Source: Vicugna vicugna (taxonomy: Eukaryota). From it: 64,000 bases of DNA. Shown piece by piece: positions 34,101-45,182 of this stretch. Made by a program: the position numbers and the translations under genes. The notes under the pieces were generated by a model that saw nothing but the letters and a program-made list of their open reading frames with translations, was not told the origin of the DNA and did no database searches. Every line of letters begins with the position of its first letter. Positions within the stretch are counted from its first letter, which is position 1. The DNA is taken from the NCBI GenBank assembly GCA_013265495.1, contig MU058198.1, positions 1,438,419 through 1,502,418 on the forward strand. Direction: 5' to 3'.

Positions 34101-37100
34101 AAAATACCACCTGTTGCCCTAAGTAGCTTCTATTTTTCCAATTTCCTGAATCTGTTGACTAGACTTATAATGACTCACTTTACAAAAAAAGTTAGACATT
34201 GAAATATGTTGAATTAAGTGATATTAGGGGAAATGATAGACTAATGGGTATTTTGATTAGAAAAGCCAGCTGTAGCCTTAATGTATTGCCCAGATTGGGA
34301 AAAAAAAAACAAGCAAAAAACACACTCGGGAGTTTGTCTCCACACCATAGTCAAAGTGTCATATCTTTAGAATCTAGTCTAAACTTTGATAAAGAGCTTT
34401 GAGTATATTTTTTGTGTATCTTTTCTCTCCCTAGATGTAGAGCAATACTGTCCAATCTGATTTCTACGATAGTGGAAATGTTCATTATCTGTGCTGTCCA
34501 GTGAAGTCCACACATAGTATGGAACATGTGACTAGTGCAGTTAAGGAACTGAAATTTTATTTAATTGTAATTAATTTGAATAAGCACATGTTGCTAGTGG
34601 CTACCATGTTAGTGCAAGTATAGAGAAATAACTCTTAGGTTAGGGAAAACTGTTGTTCCTACCTTGATCTCTTTCTTTACAGTGTTTTAGAATGCTTGGA
34701 CTCAGTGGGCCAGAAGCTCCTTTTCTTGACCCAGGAGGCAGATGCTAGTGAACTTTCTTCTTCCAAAAACTGTCAAACAGTTAAGTGCTTTTCAAATAAA
34801 GAGGTGAGTGACCCACTGTCTCTTTGAAGGTTGCATTCAGAATAGAGGATAATGTAACTGTTTGCAACTCATGTGAGTGTCAAGGTGTTTTTCATCAGTC
34901 CTAGCTACCATTAGCCAGTCTGGCTTCTGTCTCACATTTTGTGTGGAGCACTTCTAGTCCCAGTTACCCCATAGGAGCAGAACTGTCAACTGCCAGTGTC
35001 TGTTTCCAGATCCCAGCAGTCCTGTGGCTTTGGCTTTGCACACCACTCTGAATTTCTGTTCTTTTTCTGGTTGATGGATATGTTTTTCTCTGTTTTTAGC
35101 CTGACTATATCTTTTTTCATTTTCTCTTTTTATATTTTACCTATCACTGCTGTATGTGTAAAGCAGAAGGGATGCAGCAAAGCATGATTTATGTTACCTT
35201 GTTTAGAAGATCTGTATTTTTATTTAAAGCATTTTATTTGGAAATAATTTCCAAATTTGCATGAACATCTGTGTACCTTCTGTCTAGATCCATCTTCTGT
35301 TAACACTGCCCCATTTGCTTTAGCGTATGTATGCTGGCATGCTTGTGCACTCATGCTCTTTCTTCTCTTTTCCTCTGCCTATATGACATTTTATTTTCTA
35401 AACCATTTGAGAGTGAGCTGCATGTATCATGGTACTTTACCCCTAGATTCTTCAATGTGTATTTCCTAAGAATAAAAATATTCTCTTATAGAATCACAGT
35501 AAGCTTTAGTGAATTTAATACTGATAAGTTACTTTTATCTAATTTTTGTCTATATTCTAGTTTTCTTATTTGTCCTCAAGCATTTATTTTCCCTTCACAA
35601 CTGTATCCATACTAGGGTCACATGCTCCATTTAGTTGTCAAATCTTTTTAGTTTCTTTTAATCTGAAACCATTGATCCTCAAGATGGTGTCCCATAAACC
35701 TCTTAGACTCTACTTGCTTTTCTTCATTCTTTTTTCTTTTCTCTCACTTGATGATTTCAAAGATCTGTTTTCAAGTTTGCCTGGTCAAGTCCTATATTGA
35801 ACCCCTTGAGTGAGTTTTTCAATTCACTTACTATATTTTTCAGCTCCAGAATTTGTTTTTTAATAGTTGCTGTCTCTTTAGTTGAGATTTTCATTTATGT
35901 CATGCATCAATTTCCTGATTTCATTAGTTGTTTATCTTTGTTCTCTTTTAGCTCATTCTGTGTTTCTTTAGGTGTGGTTTCTGGAGCTTTATTCTCTTCC
36001 TCTGATTGAGTCATTTTCCCCTGTTTTCTTTATATGTCATATGATTTTTTTTTTTGGTAGGGATCTAATAAAATGGGAAAAGAAAACAAAAAAGCCAACT
36101 ACCTCTCCCATTGTTAGGGTCTGGCATTGTGGAAGGGAAGACTTTCATGATCAGCCCCACCCAAGGTTCTAGGACCTCTCAAACCTATTTTGAGAATGTG
36201 TCTTCTCTAAACTTGTGTATGTCCTTTTAGTTGTCTCATATTCCCTGAGCAGTTTGTCCCTGTTTGTTCTCAGAGCTTGTACTCTGTTGCTTCTCCTAAC
36301 ACTTGCTTTGGAACTGCAGCTCTAATGTGTTGTGATTGCATCTGTTTTCAGTGGCTCCGAAACAAGGCTGCCAGTCCTATCAGTGCTCTGAGTCAGGCAA
36401 GACAGACACTAGTCCCTTCAGGCAGCCCACAGACTAGCCATGACATTGGATACATGGTCTGCTCTTTTGTTTCTGTTTAGGGGGAGGATCCCCAGTGTGG
36501 GATGTCTCCTCCATGTTGAGCCCTGCTAGGTCAGATAAGGGAGGGACACAAAACTCTGCATATTTTCCTTTCTCTCTTGCTGGAATCCCTTCTTATTTTG
36601 TTGGTGGTGGTGGTGGTGGTGGTGGTGGTTCTGAGTGCTATAGTTTCTCAATTGGTCTCTAGAGTTCTTGCAAAGGTATTCTGGTCTTTATAGTGTCATC
36701 GCAGTATCTGGAAGAATGAGGGCCTAGAGCTCCCTTGTACTCCATCTTGCTGAGGTCATGCTCTCTTTTTTCTTTTTTTAAAGTGTTGGGGTTTTGTGTT
36801 TTTTTTTTTTTTTTTTGAAAGATGTTACGGTGCTGGGAAGAATAAGAAGCTTATAATGCTCTTGGGAGGGATTGGCATTTGTTTTATTTATCTTTCTGCA
36901 GGATTCTTAATTTCCCTATTTCTTTCTTTTACTTAACTACTGTGTCTCCAACAGGGTATTGCCTCTTTTCTGTATACCCGATTTTTCCCCAGAAGTGCTG
37001 CTTCTCTGAGGCTGCCAAGCCTCTTCCTTGTAGTCAAGTGCTGTGAGCTATCCAAGTTGTGACCTGTGTTCATTATTTTGGCATTTAGTGGTACTTTCTT

Positions 37101-40100
37101 TCTGGGAGTGACTTTGTTTATGCTTCATCCAAGTCTTCCATCCCCTTGATTTTTTTTTTTCCCTCCCAGAGTTTCTTGTGCCTCCTCTCCTTCCTCTCTA
37201 CTCACAGGCTTGTAGCAATATGGGATGGTGGAATTTCTATTGGAATTTAACTTATTTCTTTACTTAGAGGTAATTTGAAGTTTGTAGTAGTTTCTGTTTC
37301 TCAGTAATGCTAAAGATCTGGGTGCATGTAATTTTATTCCCTTTACTTCCTACAAGACTGTGTAGTGTCACCAGACCTTTTCTTCTAGACCTTGAAGTCA
37401 GTCTCATAATGCTTTTTAAAATGGGTAAAAAGACAACCAATGTGTTTTTTTTAATTGTGGTTCAACTCCAAGAGCCACAGTAGACTACTGGGTTCTTGCT
37501 TCATTCAGGCTGTACTGTTCTCTCTGTAGGTTTTTGAGCAGGCCAGAGTGGAAATCCCCCTGTTTCCCTTCAGCATCGTGCAATTCTCTTTTGAACCCTT
37601 TCCACCCAACCTCACTGAGGAGATGAACAAAAGGGTAAGTGAATGGGTTCTGCTAGATGATTTATTTAATGGCTTATTATAATCTCCCCTCATTAAGGAA
37701 AGTAATCTGTACTGTATTAAGTTTACTGTGTGTTTCTCTATATTTTTCCTATGTGTATATTTCCATTTTAGGAAACACATTATTAAATGGGAATCAGACT
37801 ATATGTACTGTTTTGCAGCTTTATTTTTTTTTAACCTTAACATTTTCTAATTTATCTTGTACAGTTTTTCATAGCACTGTATAATCTGATTTTCCTTATT
37901 TTTAATGGCTGCATAGTTTTCCATTGTATGATTATACCTATTTTCCACATTTGCACTTCGGAATTTTTGCTATTCCAAGTAATGATTCAGTGAAATCCCT
38001 GTGTACAAATCCTTGTACATTTGGTGAGTGTTTGTGTTGAGAAATTCCTTGAAAGGAGTTATCCCATGTTTTGACTCATGATTTCTTCAGATCAGCACCT
38101 CCTAACAATATTCTGTTGTTTTTCTTATAGATGAAGATCAAGTGGACAGAGATGTCAACTGTCTTTGCTGGACCATTTAGCAAAAATTGTAACCTTACAG
38201 CTCTAAAGAGGCTGTTTAAGAGTTTTGGCCCAATCCGGTCAATGACTCTTGTTCTTGAAACCCATCAGGTAATGAGACGAGAAAACTCAGATTTTGACCT
38301 TGTAGATTAATGCAGGAAATTCAGATGCCTTCTAGGGCCATTCAGATAACAGATATTAGTGACGTGAGCTTGATTGTCACCAACTGCAGTGAGACATGCT
38401 CTGTCTCATGGGAGCAGTGTTCACTTAAAAGAATTTGTGCCCAGTATTGCCAGGTCTTCTGGGGGTTTTTGTTTGTTTTGTTTTGAGAATTGAGAAATCT
38501 GCCAAATTCATACTGTTGGTTCAAATTTTCTTAAATATCATGTAGGCCAGACAAAGTGGGCTTCCTGCTTATGACCTCAGCTTTAAATGATAAAAAATGC
38601 CTTTTTGAAAGAGCGGTAGGTTCCATTTGTTGGGAAGTCTCTGTAGGGCTTAAATCCAAAGTAGGCTCATAGCTGGGTTAAAATAAGAAGGAACAGGACG
38701 TTTTTTGTTGTTAGTTCTCTAGTCTTATGGAGTTAGTCTGTTTATTAGTTATTTACATAAAAACCCTATAAAGAGTTTAATTATTTTTACTTTTCAAGAA
38801 AAAATACTTGCATATGGTTTAAAAAATTCCTGCCATTTTAAAAGGATGTAATGAGTAAGCTTCTATCTTCATGGTCATAGCAGGAAGTCAGTAGGAAAAG
38901 TCTAAAGTTATTACATGAAGCAATAACAGCATTCTAAACACATTACACAGAGACAGGAAACCATGAAAAGAATTGAAAACAAAAACTTAAAATGTCTGTA
39001 GAATGATATACAATAACTGGTAACAATGAAGGCCTACAGGGAGAGAAGAACTAGGTGACTGGGAACAGAGGTTAGGGGAAGTTTTTTCACTAAATTTTTT
39101 GTACCTTTAGAATTTTGACATAGGCAACTATTTATCTGGTGCATTAATCTATTATGTATAGCTATTTAACATAACTAATAACTATTAAAGTGAAGGAAAA
39201 ATTCAAGTCTCCAAAGTGATCTAAGTGCAGAATCCTCAATGTTTAAAATGTGCTTTCCCCAAATCTTTTATTAATGCCTTTCTTACACCTAAAAATAGAA
39301 ATAAAAAGATCATTCCTGGGAAGGTAGACTGAAGCATGGGAAGGGTATGTCAGGGGACTGTAACTTCCTCCTGTAAGTCTTGTCTTGTCTTGCCTTTTTG
39401 TTTCTTCCCTTCCTTTTCCCCTTCCCCATCCTCCTTCTCCCCCTCCCCCCCTTCTCTTCCTTCCATTTCATGAATGAATATTTGGATTGTTTCCACCTTT
39501 TAGCCATCCTGAATAATGCTGCTATGAAATGAACATGGATATACAAATACCTGTTTGAGTCTGTTTTCAGTTTTTGCAGCATATACATGAAAGTAGAATT
39601 GCTGAGTTAAATGATAATTCTGTATCTAATTTTTTGAGGAACTACGATACTGTTTTCTCCAGTGGCTACACCATTTTATATTGTCACTTGCAATACCAAG
39701 GTTCCAATTTCTCTGCATTCCAGTTGACACTTGGTTTTGAGTGGGGGGAGGGGAGTGTTTTTGTTTTGATAATAGCCTCCCTAATGGATGTGAAGTGGTA
39801 TCTGTTGATTTTGACTTGCATCTCCTTAACGATTAGTGATGTTGAGCATCTCTTCGTGTGCTAATTGGCCATTTGTGTATCTTCTTTAGAGAAGTGTCTG
39901 TTCAAGTCCTTTGCCTGTTTTTTACTTAGGTTATTTGATTTTTGTTCTTGTTGAGTTTTAGGAGTTCTCTATATATTTTAGATATTAATCCTTTGTTAGA
40001 TACATGATTTGCAAATATTTTCTACCATTCTTTCTGCCGCCTTTTGACATCATTGATAGTTCTTTGATGCACTTTTAAATTTTGATAAAGTCCAGCTTAT

Positions 40101-43100
40101 CTTATTTTCTTTTGTGGTCTGTGCCCTTGATGTCATTCATATTGCTGAGTCCAGCAAAATGAAGCTTTTCTATGGGAGCACTTTAATTTCTGTGATGATG
40201 CTATGGCTAAGGCCATCACAAAGATTTAGCTATCCTGTGTTAATCAAGTAGAAGAGTAGTCAGTTTGAAGATGTAAATCTAATAGAAGAATGTAAGAACC
40301 TCTACAGGCTTGTACGAAAGCTGCTATCTAAATTTAAGCTAGCAGGACAAATGGGAATCTCTACCTATGCTTTGCAGTGATGTTTAGTGATTCATAATAA
40401 ATAGTACGAAAAGCAAGTTGGGTAGTCAGGAATTTGTTAGTGCTTTCCCCATACCACCCAGGGAGAGAAGGCTTCAATTTTAAGTGACAAATAAAGGTTG
40501 TGTATTTGAAAAACCAGTTCCTGAACCAGGGTGTTTCCATTTAAAATTGATGATCTGCAGTCAGTGTCTAGCCCAGTATAGCAAGGACATCCATTCTGGT
40601 GGCTTTGGCCTCTGTAGTTTAGTTGGGCCCCATTCCCAACCCTTCTCTAGCAGTTTGAACCTGGAAAGCAAAAGTAAGGAAACCTTGGTTTTTCTGCAGC
40701 CACATCTCTGTATACAGTACGAAGTCCTGGAAGCTGCCCAGCTGGCCATAGAGTCTTTGGATGGCATTCTAGTAGAAGGTACCTGCGTCAAGGTAGGGTG
40801 GCCAGAGAAAGCATAAAGGAGCACTCTTTACTCAGCCCTCTGTTTTCAGTGCCTGTATTTACTCAGGCCTGTGTTTACAGTGCCCTGAGGCATAACATCT
40901 TAGACAAGTGTCCTTGAGAGGCTCAGGCACAAGACTTTCTATTATGGAAAGTCTTAAGCCAAGCCTGGCATTCTTCTAGTGGTGACCTAAGACAAGACAG
41001 CTTTCTTTTTGTCCAAATCAGCCTGAACTACATTGGGTTCTTCCTGTACTCTTTATCACTACTTATGGTTTATTCTGGGTGGTCTTCTGTGGTTGCCCTT
41101 TACTTTACCTTTCAGCGGAAATCAAAAGGTATTTTGAAGTCTCTTATGCAATTAAACAGAATTTCATTGCCATCGATGGCAAAGAGCTGATTACCACTGC
41201 GGGTGGTTGGGAAGAGAGTATTTACACAAAAATATTTATGTTTTGTATTTATTTATCTTACTTAAGTCTCTGCCATAGTCCTGTTGGCCAGTTATCATTA
41301 GCCTCCTTATACAGATGAGGAAACTACAGAATTAAATTACTTGCTAGTATATAATAGTCCTGGGGGTTGAAATGATGACTTTTATACCACTAATGCCATG
41401 TTTCTTTGGTTAGGTGCAGAGGCCTGTGACGGAGCTCACCCTTGACTGTGATGTGCTTGTAAATGAGCTGGAACAAGATTCTGAGAACCGAGGTACAATA
41501 TACTTGTCTGGAGTAAGCGAAACCTTCAAAGAACGGCTGTTGCAGCAGTGTAACCTCTTCCTGGGACTAGAAGCTGTGATCTTGCCTAAAGATCTTAAAA
41601 CTGGAAAGCAGAAAAATTACTGTTTCTTGAGTAAGTCCAAGCCACCAATTATAGCCTTGGGGAAGGAGATTAGGGATGGTAATAACATGAGGTCAGAGAA
41701 AGGAAATTTTCACCAAATAAACCCTCCTGGGCTAAACCAGGTCAGCATCTCCTGATTCTGTCCTTCTTCTTTGGCTGGGCTTCAGTTTGGGTGGTGATCA
41801 GCTTTTTTGACCCTTAATAACAGAAGTGGGTATTCTTGCTTTCAGAATTCAAAACTTTTGGCAGTGCCCAAAGGGCCCTTGACATTCTCAAAGGCAAGGA
41901 CTGGAAGCTGAAAGGCAGGCATGCCCTAACCACTAGGCACCTCCATGCATGGCTCAGGGGATTACCTCCTGAATCAAGAAGGCCCCCAGGGCTTCGTGTC
42001 ATACCTCCCCCCTCGGAGAAGGAAGCATTGCAGGTGAGTGAGTGAACGGATGTATCCTGAAGTTAGAGGAGAAAGGTAGCTAACTTGGTTTGCAGGCTGT
42101 AGGGATTGGCCTTCTGATTATGGAAATAGCAGAGTCCTACTCAGGTCTTCAGTCTTTTTTTTCCTGCCCCAGCACTAGTCCTACTTCACATTCCAGCTTC
42201 TTCTAGCCCTGGACACACCTTCTCCAAGATCTCTCCTACTTTTGCCCCCTCCATTCTTGCTAAAATCAGGTTTTTAGTCCTCCAGGTGGCTCTCCAAGGG
42301 ACTTTGAGGGGCTAACGTAGAAGTTGGAGAGCTGGAAAAGTCTTAAGTGACCTGAGGTTTTGTGAAGTGTGGTACATACACAAGATGATTTTTGGTGGTC
42401 ATAGATGAACTTTTTTCCCCCACTTTTATAGCTATGAACTTGTTTTCTACTATTCATTAAAGTATACAACCACGACATTGAGCCTGTGATTTCATGGATA
42501 GTAGTATTACTTAGATGAAGCTAAGGAAGAAATTGACTCACTTTAAAGAAAATCATTAGAGGGATACACAGCAGAACCAGAAGTGTAAACCTAGAAGGTG
42601 AATGGCTTAAGTTTGGGAAACCCTGCCCTATTCTAATCTCCCACACTTAGCAGATGACAGAGAGCAGGGCTGGTGAGCGCCTTGCCCAGGCAAGAGTCTA
42701 GACTAGAGCTCTCCTTAGTGACTTGCTTCCCTTTGCTTGGGGCCCTGGAAGATCCATTGGGAGGAAGGGACAGCAGCTGTCCTCCTAAACTGACTGGGAG
42801 GCCTAGGGATGCTGGGGTGGACAGGGAGCCCTGCAGTAGGGGCTTCAGTTTCAGACAGAACTTTTGCAGAGCCTCTCCTGGGAGCCTGAGGAGGAATGTT
42901 GCAGTTCCTCCACAGGTGAACAGAGGGTACTCTGACTGAGCGTCGTCAGCACCTGGCTTTGATCCTAGATGCTGAAGGTGGACCACCCAAAGATAGCAGC
43001 CTGGCGCTGGAGCCGGAAAATAGGGAAGCTCTACCACAGCCTGGGCTCAGGCGCCCTTTGCCTCATCCTGCTGCCAGGAACCAAGAGGTAAGGACCAAAC

Positions 43101-45000
43101 TGGTTGTCTCTTGATTCTGACTTCTGGACATAAGCTTTTCTTGGAGAAAGGCCTTTTGTTAACATCCAGGCACATAAATGAGGACTGAAATGAATCATCT
43201 CTTAGTTCTCACAGTTCTGAAAGATAGATACTGTATTCCTGTTTTACATGTATGTGCTCTTTTATAACTATACTTAGTGGTCCCTCAAGGGGACAGCTCA
43301 TCCCATTTTAAAGGCAGAGGCCTTTAAACCTGCAACCTCTCTGGAACAAGAGGCACTTGAGTCACAATGGTCAAGAAGTTCTAAGGCAAGGCTCAGCTCA
43401 GTTGTGACCAAGGCCTTCCCATATATGAGGAGTGTGTTCCTGCCTTTCCTGCCCTTTCCCCCCGCCACCTCTGTTAACTTTTAAGAGCTAAAGCCTGTTT
43501 TGCTGATTCTAAGCCTGAGGAAAACTGGAGCAGGACTCTGGGTCTAGTCCCAGCTCTATCACCTATCTCCTCTGACAAGTGGCCAAGCCACTTTTCTCAC
43601 TGTGGACCTCAGTTTCCCTTTGGTAAAATGAGGGATTTGGAGTAAATCAGTAATTCTCAAACCCTTTAAATTATAAAACCCATACTTTAAAAGAAAAATT
43701 GATGTTAAATCCTAAAGCGTAAAGGTGAGCCATTCTGAAATGAGTGAGTAGATAGATGAATGAATGTGTATATGGGAGGAGGAGGGAAAGAGACATGGCT
43801 TTTTTGAAAAAAGGACAGTTTAAAAATCACTGGGTTGTATTATTTCTAAAAAGCCCCTTAAAATTCTGACTTTCCAGGATTCTTCCCAGGCCCAAGGTCC
43901 CAGGTGGCAAAACATGAATACTCTAGGCCTTGGAGCCTGGATCAGAGCTCCAATCTTTAATTCCAGAGCTACTGTCCAGTACTCAAAGCTCCACTTGTCC
44001 ATACCCAAAAGACCTATGACTTATTAGCTGAAGTTCAGACATCAGGTAGAGGCAGCTTCTGTGTTTGTCTTTGCTCATTTCTGCCTGTCTTGCCTTGGAG
44101 AGCACCTCAGCCCTCTAACCCAGTTCCATGAACATTCACTTCAAGTGGCAGGGAACTAATACGTACTGGATGGCTCCTAAATTCTAAGCACTGTGCTAGG
44201 TGTTTTACAGCATACATTATTAAATAAGTTGACGTTTTGCAAAGTTTTGAAACAGTGCCTGGCGCGTGATAGGTGTTAAAAAGTGTTTTACGTAAAATGA
44301 AGAAAAAATCAATTCTAACAGCAATTTAAAAGGATTTTGATGACTGCCATTCTTACCTGGTTTTGTCACTTACTGGTTGTGTGACTTGAGTAAGTTAAAC
44401 AATGCCTGTGAGCCTGTTTCTTAATTTGAAAAGTATACATAACAATCATATCTACATCAGTACCTACATAAGGTACATGAACTGTTTGGAGAATTAAATG
44501 AGAACACATATGAAGTGCTTACATGCAGTAAGTCCTCCATATATGTTAATATGTTAGCTATTACTGTATGTACTCCTCACAAAAGCCCTGTGAGATAATA
44601 ATTTAAATATTTAATAGTTTTATAGTTGAAACTGAGGATCAGTTTGAGATCATTCATCCTTAGTTGAAATACACCTCACATCTGTTAAGTGGCAGAGCTA
44701 TGATTTGATTCTAGGCATCTGGGACTAGTCAGTATTCTTTCCATTGAACCATTTTCAGCAGGTAGCTTTCCATAAGTAAGCTGTCGACCTGCCTGACCCC
44801 TGCTCCATAGCACATACACATGCCCCCCACCCAAAAACAAAAAACTTCTCTACCTGAGTTTATGACCATTCATTCACTTCTGTAGACAAAAACTATGATC
44901 ATTCCTCATCTGTTGCAGCACTCATGGATCGCTCTCTGGCCTAGGGCTGATGGGAATAAAAGACGAAGAGGAAAACACCACCCCAAACATGTGCTCGTGA
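16057..45000 (+). CDS. REXO5: RNA exonuclease 5 (NEF-sp; DEDDh exonuclease plus two RRM domains), 775 aa
   Basis: join(16057-16194,20095-20207,21185-21311,22530-22626,25629-25772,28135-28223,29141-29256,30341-30479,30613-30707,31396-31498,33833-33936,34683-34803,37530-37634,38131-38268,40700-40792,41414-41630,41846-42033,42969-43087,44919-45000) = 2328 nt, open, all GT-AG. ExoI LDCEM, ExoII GHSLDLDL, ExoIII HDATEDA; RRM-like segments STVFAGPF...HLCIQY and TIYLSGV...YCFLKF. Confidence 0.95.
16790..17960 (-). mobile_element. Old L1 (L1MC/MD-like) 3' fragment
   Basis: caaacttaaaagttgcaagaatagtac and ttagattcaggttatacatttttggcaggaatatcacagaagtgat, typical of reverse-complemented L1M 3' ends; edges approximate. 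Confidence 0.65.
18850..19350. mobile_element. Two MIR SINEs (representative; other MIRs near 4820-5010, 21990-22180, 28660-28830, 31630-31900, 32230-32460, 43540-43650, 44150-44750, 55620-55830, 60220-60410, 61540-61730, 62900-63040)
   Basis: MIR core motifs tttcttcatctgtaaaatgggg / ttttacagatgaggaaactgagg variants; edges approximate. Confidence 0.65.
20095..20207 (+). CDS. REXO5: REXO5 coding exon 2 (KARLSTILFAENYEVTHDQL...KSSVPKP)
   Basis: ttgcag|AAA ... CAG|gtatga. Confidence 0.92.
21185..21311 (+). CDS. REXO5: REXO5 coding exon 3 (WCQLFHQNHLNNVV...FRKIFRH)
   Basis: caacag|C ... CAT|gtaagt. Confidence 0.92.
21612..21730 (+). mobile_element. tRNA-derived SINE (vic-1-like), diverged
   Basis: GGGGGGCGGGTATAGCTCAGTG...CATGCACAAGGTCCTGGGTTCAATC; aligns with the two other copies. 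Confidence 0.8.
22530..22626 (+). CDS. REXO5: REXO5 coding exon 4 (KFRLPPPSSDFLADIIG...SRAME)
   Basis: ttttcag|AAA ... AAG|gtatgg. Confidence 0.92.
22697..23070. mobile_element. Possible MLT1 (ERVL-MaLR) LTR remnant
   Basis: ttagtcagg...ttgcaagcaacaaaactcaa...taacttaagcagaaaag, typical of an MLT1 end. Confidence 0.45.
25629..25772 (+). CDS. REXO5: REXO5 coding exon 5 (SLPSASPK...DPIIQKYGSKKVGLTRCLL...HFPLQ)
   Basis: tttcag|AG ... AAG|gttggt. Confidence 0.9.
26250..27070 (-). mobile_element. L1M(B)-like fragment, ORF2 C-terminus and 3'UTR
   Basis: Minus-strand translation ...LKRLNIELPYD...IYP... and ...IREMQ..., matching decayed L1 ORF2p. Confidence 0.85.
28135..28223 (+). CDS. REXO5: REXO5 coding exon 6 (FPDCENFVPTKCNGSITDNSPLFGLDCEM; ExoI)
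   Basis: cctag|GT ... ATG|gtaagt. Confidence 0.93.
29141..29256 (+). CDS. REXO5: REXO5 coding exon 7 (CLTSKGRELTRISLV...KIVDYLT)
   Basis: ttttag|TGC ... CAG|gtattt. Confidence 0.93.
30341..30479 (+). CDS. REXO5: REXO5 coding exon 8 (FSGITKKILNPV...LVGHSLDLDLRALK; ExoII)
   Basis: gaaag|T ... AAA|gtgagt. Confidence 0.92.
30613..30707 (+). CDS. REXO5: REXO5 coding exon 9 (MIHPYVIDTSLLY...FLAKAIL)
   Basis: cctcag|ATG ... GG|gtaggt. Confidence 0.93.
31396..31498 (+). CDS. REXO5: REXO5 coding exon 10 (KDIQCSDRLGHDATEDARTTLEL...GPKK; ExoIII)
   Basis: ttccag|G ... AAG|gttagt. Confidence 0.93.
32465..32685 (+). mobile_element. MER58-like hAT-Charlie MITE
   Basis: actttttctgtaaaggccaaatagtaaatattttaggctt...ccaataaaactttatttacaaaaaacaggc...gccagcccct. 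Confidence 0.75.
32700..33108. mobile_element. Charlie1-like non-autonomous hAT element
   Basis: Imperfect terminal inverted repeats agaggttctaaaa / tttgagaaccactg. Confidence 0.6.
33833..33936 (+). CDS. REXO5: REXO5 coding exon 11 (IAELNLEALASHQ...QQLNT)
   Basis: tttaag|ATT ... AAG|gtaaca. Confidence 0.9.
34440..34620 (+). mobile_element. MER3-like hAT-Charlie MITE
   Basis: ctgtccaat...ggaaatgttc...ggaactgaaattttatttaattg...gctagtggctaccatg. Confidence 0.65.
34683..34803 (+). CDS. REXO5: REXO5 coding exon 12 (VLECLDSVGQKLLFL...KCFSNKE)
   Basis: ttacag|T ... GAG|gtgagt. Confidence 0.92.
35210..36770 (-). mobile_element. Old L1 fragments (3' end and 5'/ORF1-region pieces)
   Basis: T-rich + strand with L1-like motifs (gatggtgtcccataa, ttttcagctccagaatt); edges approximate. 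Confidence 0.55.
36602..36629 (+). repeat. (TGG)n microsatellite
   Basis: About 9 TGG units. Confidence 0.9.
37530..37634 (+). CDS. REXO5: REXO5 coding exon 13 (VFEQARVEIPLFPFSIVQF...EEMNKR)
   Basis: ctgtag|GTT ... AGG|gtaagt. Confidence 0.92.
38131..38268 (+). CDS. REXO5: REXO5 coding exon 14 (MKIKWTEMSTVFAGPF...LETHQ; RRM1)
   Basis: ttatag|ATG ... CAG|gtaatg. Confidence 0.92.
39465..40170 (-). mobile_element. L1M fragment, ORF2 C-terminal region
   Basis: Minus-strand translation FIAALFRMAKRWKQSK matches the L1 ORF2p FIAALFTIAKxWKQPKC motif. Confidence 0.85.
40700..40792 (+). CDS. REXO5: REXO5 coding exon 15 (PHLCIQYEVLEAAQLAIESLDGILVEGTCVK)
   Basis: ctgcag|CCA ... AAG|gtaggg. Confidence 0.92.
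41414..41630 (+). CDS. REXO5: REXO5 coding exon 16 (VQRPVTELTLDCD...KQKNYCFL; RRM2)
   Basis: ggttag|GTG ... A|gtaagt. Confidence 0.92.
41846..42033 (+). CDS. REXO5: REXO5 coding exon 17 (FKTFGSAQRALD...EKEALQ)
   Basis: tttcag|AA ... CAG|gtgagt. Confidence 0.92.
42969..43087 (+). CDS. REXO5: REXO5 coding exon 18 (MLKVDHPKIAAWRWSRKIGKLY...LLPGTK)
   Basis: tcctag|ATG ... GAG|gtaagg. Confidence 0.91.
44919..45000 (+). CDS. REXO5: REXO5 last coding exon (THGSLSGLGLMGIKDEEENTTPNMCS*)
   Basis: ttgcag|C acceptor; TGA at 44998-45000. Confidence 0.91.
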
Positions 45001-45176
45001 GTCTGCCCACCACTTCCCATGTGCCATTCTTACCGCTCGAGGGCCGTGGCAGAGAATGTGATCAGGCTGCAGGCACTCTGGAGGCTGCCAGGCCTCTCTG
45101 TGTAGCAGACAGCTTTTGTGGAAATGTTGTACCAGTTACGGAATCTAATCTATTTATATGGCATGTACAAATTTTC

Positions 45177-45182
45177 AATAAA
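45177..45182 (+). terminator. Likely REXO5 polyadenylation signal AATAAA
   Basis: 176 nt after the stop; TGTA upstream and T/GT-rich sequence downstream. Confidence 0.65.

Noticed and set aside
39390..39465. Polypyrimidine tract (possible triplex DNA)
   Set aside because: Low-complexity tract next to an L1 fragment; common and without specific evidence of function.
44955..44960. AATAAA inside the last REXO5 exon
   Set aside because: It lies in coding sequence (GGA ATA AAA, G-I-K); a better-placed signal is at 45177.
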